Origin: Felis catus
Lineage: Eukaryota
NCBI RefSeq assembly: GCF_018350175.1
Contig: NC_058371.1
Location: forward strand, 144,708,001 to 144,772,000
Direction of reading: 5' to 3'
Length of the DNA: 64,000 bases
A program made the translations under genes and the position numbers. This document shows positions 26,303 through 37,668 of this stretch, piece by piece. Below the pieces are notes generated by a model, which saw nothing but the letters and a program-made list of their open reading frames with translations, was not told the origin of the DNA and made no database searches. The stretch's first letter is position 1, and each line of letters starts with the position of its first letter.

Positions 26303-26506
26303 TTTTTTTTTTAGTTTATTTATTTATTTTGAATGAGAGAGTGAGAGCCAGCACGAGCAGGGGAGGGGTAAAGAGAAAATCCCAAGAAGGCTCCGTGCCG
26401 TCAGCACAGAGTTAGATGCAAGGCTCAGATTCACAAACTGTGAGATCGTGACCTGAGCCAAAATCCAGAGTTGGGCATTTAACGGACAGAGCCACACAGG
26501 TGCCCC
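26303..26506 (-). mobile_element. Older CAN-SINE
   Basis: TSD caattctgagg(a/g)gtttt. Confidence 0.9.
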
Positions 26507-28459
26507 AATTCTGAGGGGTTTTAAGCAGAAAAGCATCACAAGGCCTGTTTTGGTTTGAGAATAAGAGTTATGTACAAGAAAGACTAGAGAGCCATACTGT
26601 TTAATCAAACCATCCATCCATCTGAGGAAAATTCCACACTTAAACTAAGTCATTTGAGTGTGTGCTATATTCCTCCAATTTAGTTTGGCCCAAGAGAATC
26701 TCACGTCTCATCGAACTGTTCATAGGATTCAAGAAAGATGACCACTTCTTGCCTGTCTGCCCATATGATGGAAGAAAGACGTTCTCGCTTAGAATTAGGT
26801 GTTGACGTACACCTATCTGCAGTAACCCTAGTAGTTCCTTCTTTAACTGGCTTTAGCATCTTCGGAATATGGCATCTCAAGAAGAGATTGAGATACATTA
26901 CCCCCCAAGTAATGTGGGGCCCATTCACTTAGGAGATTGTGTTGCAACCTGGCCTGCTAGTGGGTGTAGTTTTCCAGTGCGATTTTGTGGGAAAGACTCA
27001 ATCCCAGAGAACGCTTTGGTTTTGGAAACAGGGGTTAGAAAAGAGTAAGGGTGGTGGGTGGGGGGGGGGGGGGAGAACGACTAAGTTCCAGCACCCCCAT
27101 TATCAGGGGAATTTTCATGTCGCATTTTCCGGACCAGGCGATTCACTTCTCAACAGAGAAACACAATACATGGGACTAATCATTCTTTTGTCATAGGATT
27201 AACTTTTCCTTCTTGATAAGCATCTCTGGAATGGAAGGACAGATTTTGCCCTCCTCTGTCCTATGTCATCGGGTCTCGTGATAGGCAGAAAATGTTAGAT
27301 TTCACAGTTGTTCAATTTTCAGATAATGTGACCTTGATGAATATTAGAAGAAAGCAACTGGAATTTTAGGTGCATTTTGAAAGGGGGTATGCTGATAAGC
27401 CTTCTCATTTCCATCAGAGAACTGAGATGATCCCATCTGTTTTGGGGAGGGGGCAGTATGTGTGATGCATTATTTTTTTTTTCCACGTTTTAAAGTTCCA
27501 TAGAGAAATCACTGGACATTTTCTGCGTGGTGGCATGGAAGGGTTTTCAAATCCAAATAATGCTGGGAATATTTAAGATCATGTTTATTTGGCAAAGGAG
27601 AGAGCTCTGGGAATGATCCGAACAGTGCCTGGCAACCATTTCCCTGGCATGGATCTGTGCTGCTTGGATGGGCTGAGGCTGGTCAAATCCCTGCACCCAG
27701 CAGCTGCCGGTTAAGGCACTTTTTGGGATCATGCTCTGTACGATGTTTATTAAAAGGGCAGCTACATTTAAAGGGACATAACCACTAGAGAAATTAGTAA
27801 AGCTCAGGATACAGAGCCATATGGCTTATATTTAAAGTCAGGTATGCTTTGCAAAGTAGGAAGGACCTTCCTGGATCACAGCAGATCCGTGACTAAGTCT
27901 TATTGCTTCTTAAATTCATCTCCTTGACCTCGGTTCCCCTCCCACAGGCCCACACGACATATATTTGCATGGCTCAGGCATGCCTTGGTTTTCTCCTTGC
28001 TCTTGGCATCTTTCTACTCTAACTCAGCCTGCAGATTCCTACCTAATACACTGAAAAATGTAGTTTTTACATATACCATTTAATTTAATTCACGAGAACC
28101 GTCTTCAGCTCTCCTTTGCCTTGTAGTTCAAATGTAAACACTTCAGCCTACTGCCATTTGATGACTCTAACTTCCATTCACAGACCCCCTTGGCTGTTCC
28201 CCTCCATTTCCATTAAATCTGCCTCCCACTCCCCACATGATGAGGCTTGCATGTTCCTGACCTTGAGTTTTTGCTCCTAACATTCTCCATAGCTGAATAG
28301 ATTGCTTGCCTCCTCCTAAGACAAACAAACAAGCAAAAAAAACCAAAAAACCAAAAAAACAAAAACCATTTCCCAGAACTTTTTCTTTAATTAGATAAGT
28401 GCTCTTTGTAATGATACAACATTTCTCTTGGAATTGCTAAGATCTTGAAGATTCTAGAA

Positions 28460-28660
28460 TCAACTCATTGACTGAGGACTTTATTGTGCAGGGTACTCTG
28501 CTAGGAACTTGTGCATGCACTCTTTATTTGAGTTCCTCAACAACCCTTTGAGGTAGATGCTATCATCTACAGGTGAGGAAACTGAGGCTCAGACAGCTTC
28601 ATAAGCTTGCCCGGACCCATCCAGCGAAGGAGAGGCAGAGCTGAAAATAAGACACGATTT
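28460..28660 (-). mobile_element. MIR
   Basis: ctcaacaaccctttgaggtag...tacaggtgaggaaactgaggctcag core. Confidence 0.8.
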
Positions 28661-29789
28661 TTCCTTCCTCATCTGATGTTCTTTCCTTCCCCTGTTTCCA
28701 GTGTGCCACAACTATATTTGCGGTTACTATGGTTGTTTTTACGGGTTGGTTGCTTATTTTGTTGCCTTTTTTTGTTGTTCTATTGTTCTAATTTAGATAG
28801 ACAAGATATGCTTCATTCTTTTGATGTTTTCCAGTGCTCACTACAGGGCTCTGGAAATAGAAAGTAGGCATGAAAGTTGGCCAATACATTTATTTGCCAA
28901 AACCTACAGATCTTTGTTTTTGAGACACTCTGGAGTTATTTCCGGAAGAAATTTCGGTAAGAGTCCCATTGACCGGTATGCGTGGGAGCAAATGTCTGGC
29001 GTGTAGAAGCTGTCAGCCTAGCTAGTAATCAAGTCACCATCCAAAACCAGGTCAGCTAGTTCCTCAGCAACATCCTGCCACCCCCTGAAGCTTTGTGACC
29101 TGGCATTGTGGGAATTGAAACTTTGTGACCTGGCATTGCGGGAATTTGCTGTGTATAGATCATCTGAAGTTCTTGGCAATTCCTCCCTCTGGTTGCCCTG
29201 GGGATTTTTTGTGCTCATTTTATAATACTAATTAAGAAGTTTAGCAGTCATTACTATTAATATCACTCAGATGCCAGGTGAGTGTGAAATGCCCTTCTGA
29301 AGTGAACATCACGGTCCTTCTGGCTTCACAGGTGGCTGAGTCTGTAAGCTGTTGGTCATAGCATGAATGTGAAAAAGTCCAACCCTGGGCTGGAGCTGGC
29401 TAGTTAGCTGTTGGCTCTGGGTGTGGGCACATGTCCGGTGTGAATCAGCACATGAAACAGCAAGTCAGTATTTCTGTACCGTTACTCTTGTCAACCCTTA
29501 CTTATTAAAACCTTCTACATGCACGGATGGGAGAAACTTACATATCACTGCCCCTAGTTGAAAAATTAGGTAATGAAAACTCTAAATGGTAAGACAAGGA
29601 AGTCAGATCAGGATCAAAATCTGGGATATGAGGCTTCCAGTATCTTCCTCTTTCTTTAGAGCAAGAGAAACCATTGAGGGGTTAAATGAGAGGGAGAATC
29701 TCCCATTAGGCAAGCGTGACTTCTGGATGCATCAGGCTGAGAGCAGATGACAGCTACCTGCTGAACGGCTGACTTGGCAGAGTGCCAGA

Positions 29790-29970
29790 GTGGAGAGGTC
29801 AAGAGCATGGACTCCGGGGCAAGACCTGTTGGGTCTGAGTCTCATTTGGACACTTCCTAGCTGTGTGATCTTGGAAGATGACTTAGCCTCAATGTGTTGG
29901 GCTTTGTTCATCCATAAATAGCAGATAAGAATGATGCTTACCTCACAAGGCTGTTACGAGCATTAAATAA
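29790..29970 (+). mobile_element. MIR
   Basis: gtcaagagcatggactc...ctagctgtgtgatcttgg...cctcacaaggctgtt. Confidence 0.75.
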
Positions 29971-30097
29971 GTTACTATATATTAACTATTATGTATATAA
30001 CTATTATAACTATATATAGTAGTACTATATATAGTAGATATATATCTATAAGTACTATATACTATATATAGTTATAGTTATGATAGTTACATATATA

Positions 30098-30167
<70 letters not shown>

Positions 30168-30247
30168 GACCAGTATCTAGCACTTGGTTACTGCTACATG
30201 CATGTTTAAGGGAAGGGAAGGGAAGGGAAGGGAAGGGAAGGGAAGGG
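29970..30247. repeat. Compound simple repeat: TA-rich palindromic tract, (TG)n(TA)n(GA)n, then (GGGAA)n
   Basis: Read directly from sequence. Confidence 0.95.
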
Positions 30248-30415
30248 GAAAAAAGGCCTTTTCTTTTTTCAATGCCATGTGCCCCATGGCTCCGATAACC
30301 TTCACAGAAAGAATAGCCTTCTCTCACAAAAACTATGCTTCCCCCTTTAAACAACACCAAGGTTTCTAAGAGGTAGGTTGGGCACCAATCTTTGTTAAAA
30401 TATGAAACATTCCCA

Positions 30416-30629
30416 GGGCATCAGGGTGGCTCAGTTGGTTAAGCATCTGACTTTGGCTCATCTCATGATCTCACAGTTGGTGGGTTCGAGCCCCGTGTCG
30501 GGCTCTGTGCTGACAGCTCAGAGCCTGGAGCCTGCTTCGGATTCTGTGTCTCCCTCTCTCTGTGCCCCTCCCATGCTCATGCTCTGTCTCTCTCTGTCTC
30601 TCAATAATAAATAAACATTAAAAAAAATT
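30416..30629 (+). mobile_element. Felid CAN-SINE (Fc2-like)
   Basis: 18-nt TSD aaatatgaaacattccca at 30398-415 and 30630-47. Confidence 0.95.
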
Positions 30630-30848
30630 AAATATGAAACATTCCCACCAAGATCCCCATCACCCTATTGATAGAGCTATTTGGGGACCACAAAAGTCTG
30701 GCTTTGATCCCAGTGTTGAAAGAAAGGGATACTCTATAGGAGTATCTCGTATAGAGAAACCTGCAGCAAAGAGGGGAATATGATTCCACGTAGAAATAAA
30801 TGTGTATCTAAAGTGAGTTGATTTATTGGGCTTTTTCTCATTTGTCAG

Positions 30849-30966
30849 CTACCACCATGCAATCGAAGCGGAAAGGCCACTTCTCTCGGTGCCCCAAGCA
30901 ATACAAGCACTACTGCATCAAAGGGAGATGTCGCTTCGTGGTGGCCGAGCAGACGCCCTCCTGCGT
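30849..30966 (+). CDS. BTC: Betacellulin exon 3 (EGF domain Cys1-Cys4)
   Basis: tttgtcAG| acceptor and |GTAAGT donor; 118 nt. Translates (A)TTMQSKRKGHFSRCPKQYKHYCIKGRCRFVVAEQTPSC(V), with C-x7-C-x4-C-x10-C spacing. Confidence 0.98.
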
Positions 30967-32128
30967 GTAAGTGGACCCCTGAGCCAGCAGGCAGAGGGCT
31001 GCAGAGCAGTGCTGGCCGTGGACTTGACAGGGCCGGGAAGTCTGAGCTAACAGAGCCCTCTGTGTCAGGACACAGCTCCCCTGGTCCTGCCCTCGGCCAT
31101 TTGTTTAGGGACCCTTTCTGCAGCCACTTATGGAGAAACTGACACACACTTTCCTTCTGAAATAGGAGCCTGCGAGAGCCCAGATCGGCTCCCAGGCTGT
31201 GTCCTCTGCTGCCTTACGCAAGCAAGCAGAACTTTCTGTCCAGTGTTAAGGATGCTTTTCAGCTCCATTCATCTCCCAGGTGGTTCGAATGGAAGCAAAT
31301 TCTTCTGGAACGTGTTAGATGGTTTGCAGTTAATGTAAATATGAAGGATTTTCTGCCAAATTAAAAGTTACTTTTGCAGGTGTCAATTAAGTACAAGGAA
31401 ATTAGTCCTGCTTCTAAGCAGAGATTTATTTGCAAAGCCTGTTTATTACAGAAGGGAATTGGAAGAAAAGTGCTCTTTCTGCCTCTTAGTAGACTGATTC
31501 CAAGTTTAGTTTTTATTCAGGCACAAACAACTTTTTTGCACTTACAAAATGTTTATTTTCTTCTAAAGAGATATCCTTCTAGGATATCTAGAGAGGATAT
31601 CCTCTCTCTATTTTCTTCTAAAGAGATATCCTTCTAGGATATCTAAAGAGATATCTAGGTGTTCTCTGAGACCTTTTCTGAAAGATGAGCAAGGTGATTG
31701 TTTAAGTATAATTTTGACCTAAAGTTTATAGAATGTTTATGTTTTTGTGTCGTTCCCTCGGTATACATTTTTTTTTTCATAAGTGTCTCAAAACAGTGAT
31801 TCGGAACCCTAATTTAGTGGAACATTTAAGGGTCATGGACTTCATAAAAATTTAATTATAATTAAATTAAATTTAAAAATAAATATACTGGACAATACTT
31901 TGAGGGGATAAGAATTGCTAATGTAAGGAAATAAGGGAAACGTGTGTGTGTGTGTGCTGCGTGTTGGGAAAGAATAGAGTTTGTTTTTTTTTTTAATTTC
32001 CTCTAATTGCTCACTGGCTTAGAAGAATATATTGCGTTTTGAAAATATTAATGCCCTTTAACCCAGTACATTTATCTAACCTGTCCCTACGTCTGCAGAT
32101 TTATTGTCCTTTAATCCTGCTGCCTTCT

Positions 32129-32354
32129 TTTTTTTTTAATTTTTTTTTCAACGTTTTTTATTTATTTTTGGGACAGAGAGAGACAGAGCATGAACGGGGG
32201 AGGGGCAGAGAGAGAGGGAGACACAGAATCGGAAACAGGCTCCAGGCTCCGAGCCATCAGCCCAGAGCCCGACGCGGGGCTCGAACTCACGGACCACGAG
32301 ATCGTGACCTGGCTGAAGTCGGACGCTTAACCGACTGCGCCACCCAGGCGCCCC
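32129..32354 (-). mobile_element. Young felid SINEC_Fc1
   Basis: 14-nt TSD tcctgctgccttct at 32115-28 and 32355-68. Confidence 0.97.
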
Positions 32355-32369
32355 TCCTGCTGCCTTCTA

Positions 32370-32880
32370 AAATGAAAACCGCAATATGTAATCTCCCTGC
32401 CTAAGATCGATACACAGCTTGTCCCCTTCAGTGTGAGGCTAAAACTCATTTCCATGGTCTCCACAGCTCCTCTGATTCCGGCTTACCTTTCTAGCCACAT
32501 CTCTCACCATATTCCCAGCTGTTCCTCTGAAATCCCGCATCCCTTTCCACGGTTTATCACACAAGCTCTGCTAGTCTGGAAAACTTATTCGCACTGATGT
32601 TTTGGATGCAGCTCAGACCTCAGCTCCTCCTGGATCCCTGCGCTGACTTCCCTCTTCTCGGACACACACTCGGGTGTGTTAGACGTCCTGTCTCTGAGAT
32701 CTAGTCTCCCTCTAGATCTCAGCTCTGGAGCTTAGCTGTTGGTCCCTGTGAGTGTCCCTTCCGTGTCTGCGAGCACCCAGAGGCGGGTCTCGGGGCGTAT
32801 TCGTTTTTGTGTCCCAGGGCCAAGCGCAGTGTCAGAATTCTAATAGGCGCTCAGGAAATGAGTGGCGAATAAATGAAGAA
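32370..32880 (+). mobile_element. L2 relic
   Basis: Pyrimidine-rich L2 3' region ending gcgctcaggaaatgagtggcgaataaatgaa. Confidence 0.6.
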
Positions 32881-35800
32881 GTCCCTCTAGCATGGCGCAT
32901 CGAATGCTACGCTGACAACACCAAGGCCTTACTCTGAGCCAGGAACAGCTTCTTCGTGGTAAAATGGTGCAGAATGAACAGCAAGCAGAAGAGCAGAGAA
33001 GCCAGCACACAGATTTTGAAGCCAGGTAGACCCAAGTTAAGGTTTTGTTTGTACCAGAAGAACTGCTAACAACAGGTCAGTTACCCTTCCCGAGCCTCAG
33101 TTTTATCATCTGTAAAAGGGGGTAATAATATCTCCCTCTCAAGTGTTGAAAATAAAGCAGGAGAACTCATTAAGCAAAAATACTTTCTGTCGTACCCAGC
33201 ACAGAGTAGGTGTTCCATACATTGTCCTGCTGACGAGCGGGGTGTATGTGACCTGGGCCTGACCTTTTAGGTGACTGGTCATAGCACAGGTTGGGGCAAA
33301 GCTGTGTTGCCATTGGTGACTCTGCCAGCTTGGAAAAGCACAAGTATCTCCTTTTGCTTGGAATTACAGGAGTGTGTGGACTCCTGCTTTTACATGAAAA
33401 AAAAAAAAAAAAAAGTGTGCGTCTCAAATAACTCAAATCCCCTTAGTCTTCTTAGTATTTTCTTGGAATGGGAATGATTTCTTTCCAGATACATGTCTTC
33501 ACGTATCAATGTGGTACAGTTCATTTAAGCAGTATTTCGTGTGCTTGGGGCATCAACTTGAGAGTCAAACAGCTTGAATCTGAATTTCTCTATGCTCTCA
33601 GTTTCTCCACCTTCCAAATGGGTTAATAACGACACCTACCTCAGAGGTTGTTGTGAGGATCAATTGACTTAATAGTTACAAATCCCTTACAACCGTGTCT
33701 GGTGATTATTTCAGGACAGTGATCCTAACTCTGATTTTTCAGAATCCTGAAGGGTCATGGGTGTTTTTAAAAGTGATTTTAAATGCTATAAGATGTTTAC
33801 TAAATAAAAACTGATGTATTCAGCTACTCAGCGTTTCATAGACATCTGCTAGGATCTTGTACTCTTTGCCTCTTCTTTTCCCATTGAAATGACCATTAGC
33901 TGACATGTTATTGGTTTGATGAGAAGTGAAATAACATGAGAGCCATGGTAACTGCCTGTGCAAAGGTTAGCCTTCTGGCCTGGCCTCATTGGGTTACAGC
34001 TTTTGCAGGAAATCCTGCTTACTGAGAAATTCAATTAAAGCACGGCTACACCACTGAACCCAGAGCCATAATAATCATTAAAAAAAAAAAAAAGACAAAA
34101 AACATTCTAAAAGAGCAGCAAGTCATTTCTGTGTATTTTATGGGCAAATTGATTGTTTAAAAATGCCAGATTTAGTGAATGTGTTAGAGAAGCCCTTAAG
34201 CTAATTGGAAGAGACTCTATATATTGGTAAGATTTTCATTATGACCTTAAAAAAAAAAAAAACTCTTTAAAAAAAATCTCCCTCCCACACACGCAATAAA
34301 AAGTGATTCCCCCCACGAGTTCCAGTTCTATGTGCAAGAGATTTTTGATGTTTCAAGATCTTTCTAAGCTCTCTTCCTGTTATTTTGACCTTGCCAGGAA
34401 GGAATTTTCCTCACATACGTGGGGGTTTTCTTGCAATAGACGCCATCAGGTATCGTTTCTCTACAGCTTGCACTGATCGTCACCTTTCTGTATGGATGTG
34501 ACCAAGCCAGATGTTTCTTCGTGCTGTTGTCTCAAGCATTATATCAGCGATAATGTCGGCATTATGGGATCTCCTTCCTTGTGCAGGATAGGCTTTGTGG
34601 GAATTGACTGCACTGCTCTTGTCAAACACGAACCAGAAAATGATCTGGCAGTAGATCCTTTCTTGCAAAAACAAAAAAAAAAAAAAAAAAGAGAGAGAGA
34701 ACAAAATAAAACAATAGCTAAATAAATAAACAACCGAGGTAACACAGAAATCTTTTTAAGAAGCAGAATTTCATCTTTTGGGGATTTAAGCAATTATGTA
34801 TACGACCACTATCTCTTTTGTTTTGAATGAGTCTGAGGAGAAAAACGGGAAGATATTTGTTAATGCAAAGGTACTGATGTTACAACATAGGATTTCAGTT
34901 TTGCAGCGTCCTCAAACTTCTTACGTGCCTTTTAAGCGTCTAATGGGATTCAGAGAATACTGTGGATAGTCCCCAAATCACTGAGCCTTTAGCTGAGTGT
35001 TGCTCAGACAAGCCTTGGCTTGGACAAAGGGAATCTGCCGGGTTGGGGTAAATCCTAAGGCTGTATTGATAAAACGTTGAGAGATTGAGGAGAGTGAAAG
35101 TCACTCTTGGAGATTCCTTGACTTGTGGCCACTGTGCTTTATGAGGGCCGCAGAGAAAGGGGCCATTTACAGGACAGTGGAGGGAACGGTATGCACGTCT
35201 GAAAATGGGCCTTTGAGCATCAAATAAAGGAGCTGGAGAGGACAAGACCTATTGTATTTTGGGGGGGGTTAGTTGGAGGGGTGAAGAGCATCACGTAATC
35301 TGTGGCCACTGTGAGCAGAAGAATCACAACTGGTGGGTGGCAGTTAAGAGAGAGAAAGGAATCCTGTGGAAAAACATTTACGGAGCTTTCTATGTAGTTC
35401 ATAGGCTATCGGTCTATGAACTTCCACACACGTTACCACGTGTGATCACATGAAACAGTATAATTTCTAACAGTTTGGAGCAGGAGGACTTGGGCACATT
35501 GACTGCCTCCAATGACATGGGCGGTCGTGGGGATTTTGAGTTCCTTGTCATGGCGGTATTTAAGCGCTTGGGGGGCACCATGGAGGGATTTTTTTGCCAT
35601 CTCCTCTCTTTCCAACTCAGAATCTAAAATTTTAAAGTAAGTTTTAGTAAATTGTGATTACCTCTGTTTATTTAAATTAGCCATCTTGCGAATGTTCAAG
35701 TGATGACAGGCTGTCAGCGAAGCAAAGAAAGTGAAATTATTTGTGAACACGGCGGTATCCAGCTTTATTTGAAAAAAAAAAATTTTTTTTTAAAGGAACT

Positions 35801-35912
35801 GAGCCCTTTATTAATCCCAGTAAATGACAACAGTGTTAGTTCCTTCAAAAAAAGAAATAGTAGAGGTTCTTAAAAGTCTTGCACGGTTTCCCTTGTTGTT
35901 TTATTTTCACAG

Positions 35913-36059
35913 CTGTGATGAAGGCTACACTGGGGCAAGATGTGAGCGAGTTGACTTGTTTTACCTCAGAGAAGATAGAGGGCAGATTTTGGTGATTTGT
36001 CTGATAGTAGTCATGGTGATTTTTATCATCTTGGTGGTCGGTGTCTGCACATGCTGTCA
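35913..36059 (+). CDS. BTC: Betacellulin exon 4 (EGF Cys5-Cys6, juxtamembrane stalk, transmembrane helix)
   Basis: ttttcacAG| acceptor and |GTAAGT donor; 147 nt, phase 2-2. Translates CDEGYTGARCERVDLFYLREDRGQILVICLIVVMVIFIILVVGVCTCC(H); visible in ORF 35824..36063. Confidence 0.98.
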
Positions 36060-36287
36060 GTAAGTATTTTTTTTTTTTTTAGTATCATTTTAAGGAAATC
36101 TGAGAAATTTTTATTTTGCGATTTCTTTTCTTCTTGCCTTCTTTCCCTCCTTCCGATCTTTCTTCTTTCCTTTTTGTTATGATTGAAATAAATCGCTTAC
36201 AGCGAAGTGTCTACTTACAATGAAACACATGATATACAGCATTTGTCATTTGACTGAGCATAAGTATTATCATTGAACATAAAATGT

Positions 36288-36512
36288 GGGGGCGCCTGGG
36301 TGGCTCAGTCGGTTAAGCGCCCGACTTCGGCTCAGGTCGTGATCTCGCAGTTTGTGGGTTCGAGCCCCGTGTCGGGCTCTGTGCTGACAGCTCAGAGCCT
36401 GGAGCCTGCTTCGGATTCTGTGTCTCCCTCTCTCTCTCTGACCTTCCCCTGTTCATGCTCTGTCTCTCTCTGTCTCAAAAATAAACAAACATTAAAAACA
36501 TTTTTTAAAAAT
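36288..36512 (+). mobile_element. Felid CAN-SINE (Fc2-like)
   Basis: Near-consensus full-length copy, 228 nt downstream of exon 4. Confidence 0.95.
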
Positions 36513-36540
36513 AAAATATGTATAAAACTCTTCATTAAAA

Positions 36541-36567
36541 GAAGAAGAAGAAGAAGAAGAAGAAGAA
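36541..36567. repeat. (GAA)9 microsatellite
   Basis: Direct read. Confidence 0.97.
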
Positions 36568-36569
36568 GG

Positions 36570-36820
36570 GCAAAAAGTATGAAGGTGATCAAAGGTACAA
36601 ACTTCCAGCTGGAGGATAAGATAAATAGGTCTTAGGGATGTCATGTGCCGCATGGTGACTGTAGCTAACAACACTGTATTGTATATTTGAAAGTTGCTAA
36701 GAGAGTAGATCTTAAAAGTTCTCATCACAAGAAGAAAAATTTTGTAGCTGTGTGTGCTGACAGATGTTAACTAAGCTTACTGTGTTGATCATTTTGCAAT
36801 ATATGTAATATGTATTTGTG

Positions 36821-36867
<47 letters not shown>

Positions 36868-36926
36868 AATCATTGTACACCTGAAATTAATCCAATGTTA
36901 TATTTCAGCTACATCTTAATAAAAAA
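36570..36926 (+). mobile_element. L1MA9-like LINE-1 3' end with internal (TA)n(TG)n
   Basis: gttgctaagagagtagatcttaaaagttctcatcacaag...tgtacacctgaaattaatccaatgttatat...aataaaaaa. Confidence 0.85.
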
Positions 36927-37449
36927 GCCAGCTATGTAGTCTTAAATTCAATCATGTTTTATGTGGGTTTGTTAGTAGGCAAACTAAGACTTTTACTACC
37001 TTACATTGTATCATGACCCAGTAACTTAGGAAGGTAGAGACAAACACACAAAAACATTTTTTTCCCCCTTGGCCACCGTAAAATAATGGATTTTATTTAC
37101 AAAAGATGATTGCACTGGTTTTCTTGTTTTTACTTTTCGTGATGTACCACAACTTTGGAAATCAAGAAACACGTTGATTTTTTTCTCTGAGACAGTGTTT
37201 TGATACACTTCTTAAGTAAGTTTCTTTCGTGAAGCTATCAAAATTTGTATCAGACGGGGACTCCGACACAGTATGTTAAAAAGACCTTTCTTAACATGCT
37301 GTGTTCTTGTCTTGCGAAGCTAGTTGAGCCTCCTGAACTTCTCCCTTTACTTTTGGGCTACTGGGCACACCAAAGAGGGTGTCCTGTGACTCCTTTCTTC
37401 ACAGAAAAACTTCAGCGTAGCTACTAGGAGTCTAGAGTCTTGGATTTTT

Positions 37450-37668
37450 TATTTTAATTTTTTTTCAACGTTTATTTATTTTTGGGACAGAGAGAGACAG
37501 AGGATGAATGGGGGAGGGGCAGAGAGAGAGGGAGACACAGAATCGGAAACGGGCTCCAGGCTCTGAGCCATCAGCCCAGAGCCTGACGTGGGGCTCGAAC
37601 TCACAGACCGCGAGATCGTGACCTGGCTGAAGTCGGACGCTTAACCGACTGCGCCACCCAGGCACCCC
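37450..37668 (-). mobile_element. Young felid SINEC_Fc1
   Basis: 17-nt TSD tagagtcttggattttt at 37433-49 and 37669-85. Confidence 0.97.

Noticed and set aside
30826-31147. ORFs 30826..31050(+) and 30845..31147(-) over exon 3
   Set aside because: Alternative frames of GC-rich exon 3; the Cys-spaced EGF frame is the real one.
35396-35422. 11-bp hairpin agttcataggc-tatcg-gtctatgaact
   Set aside because: Too short for a pre-miRNA and does not extend; within chance for 64 kb.
35824-35912. N-terminal part of ORF 35824..36063 (MTTVLVPSKK...)
   Set aside because: Intronic read-in upstream of the exon 4 acceptor; only 35913-36059 is BTC-like.
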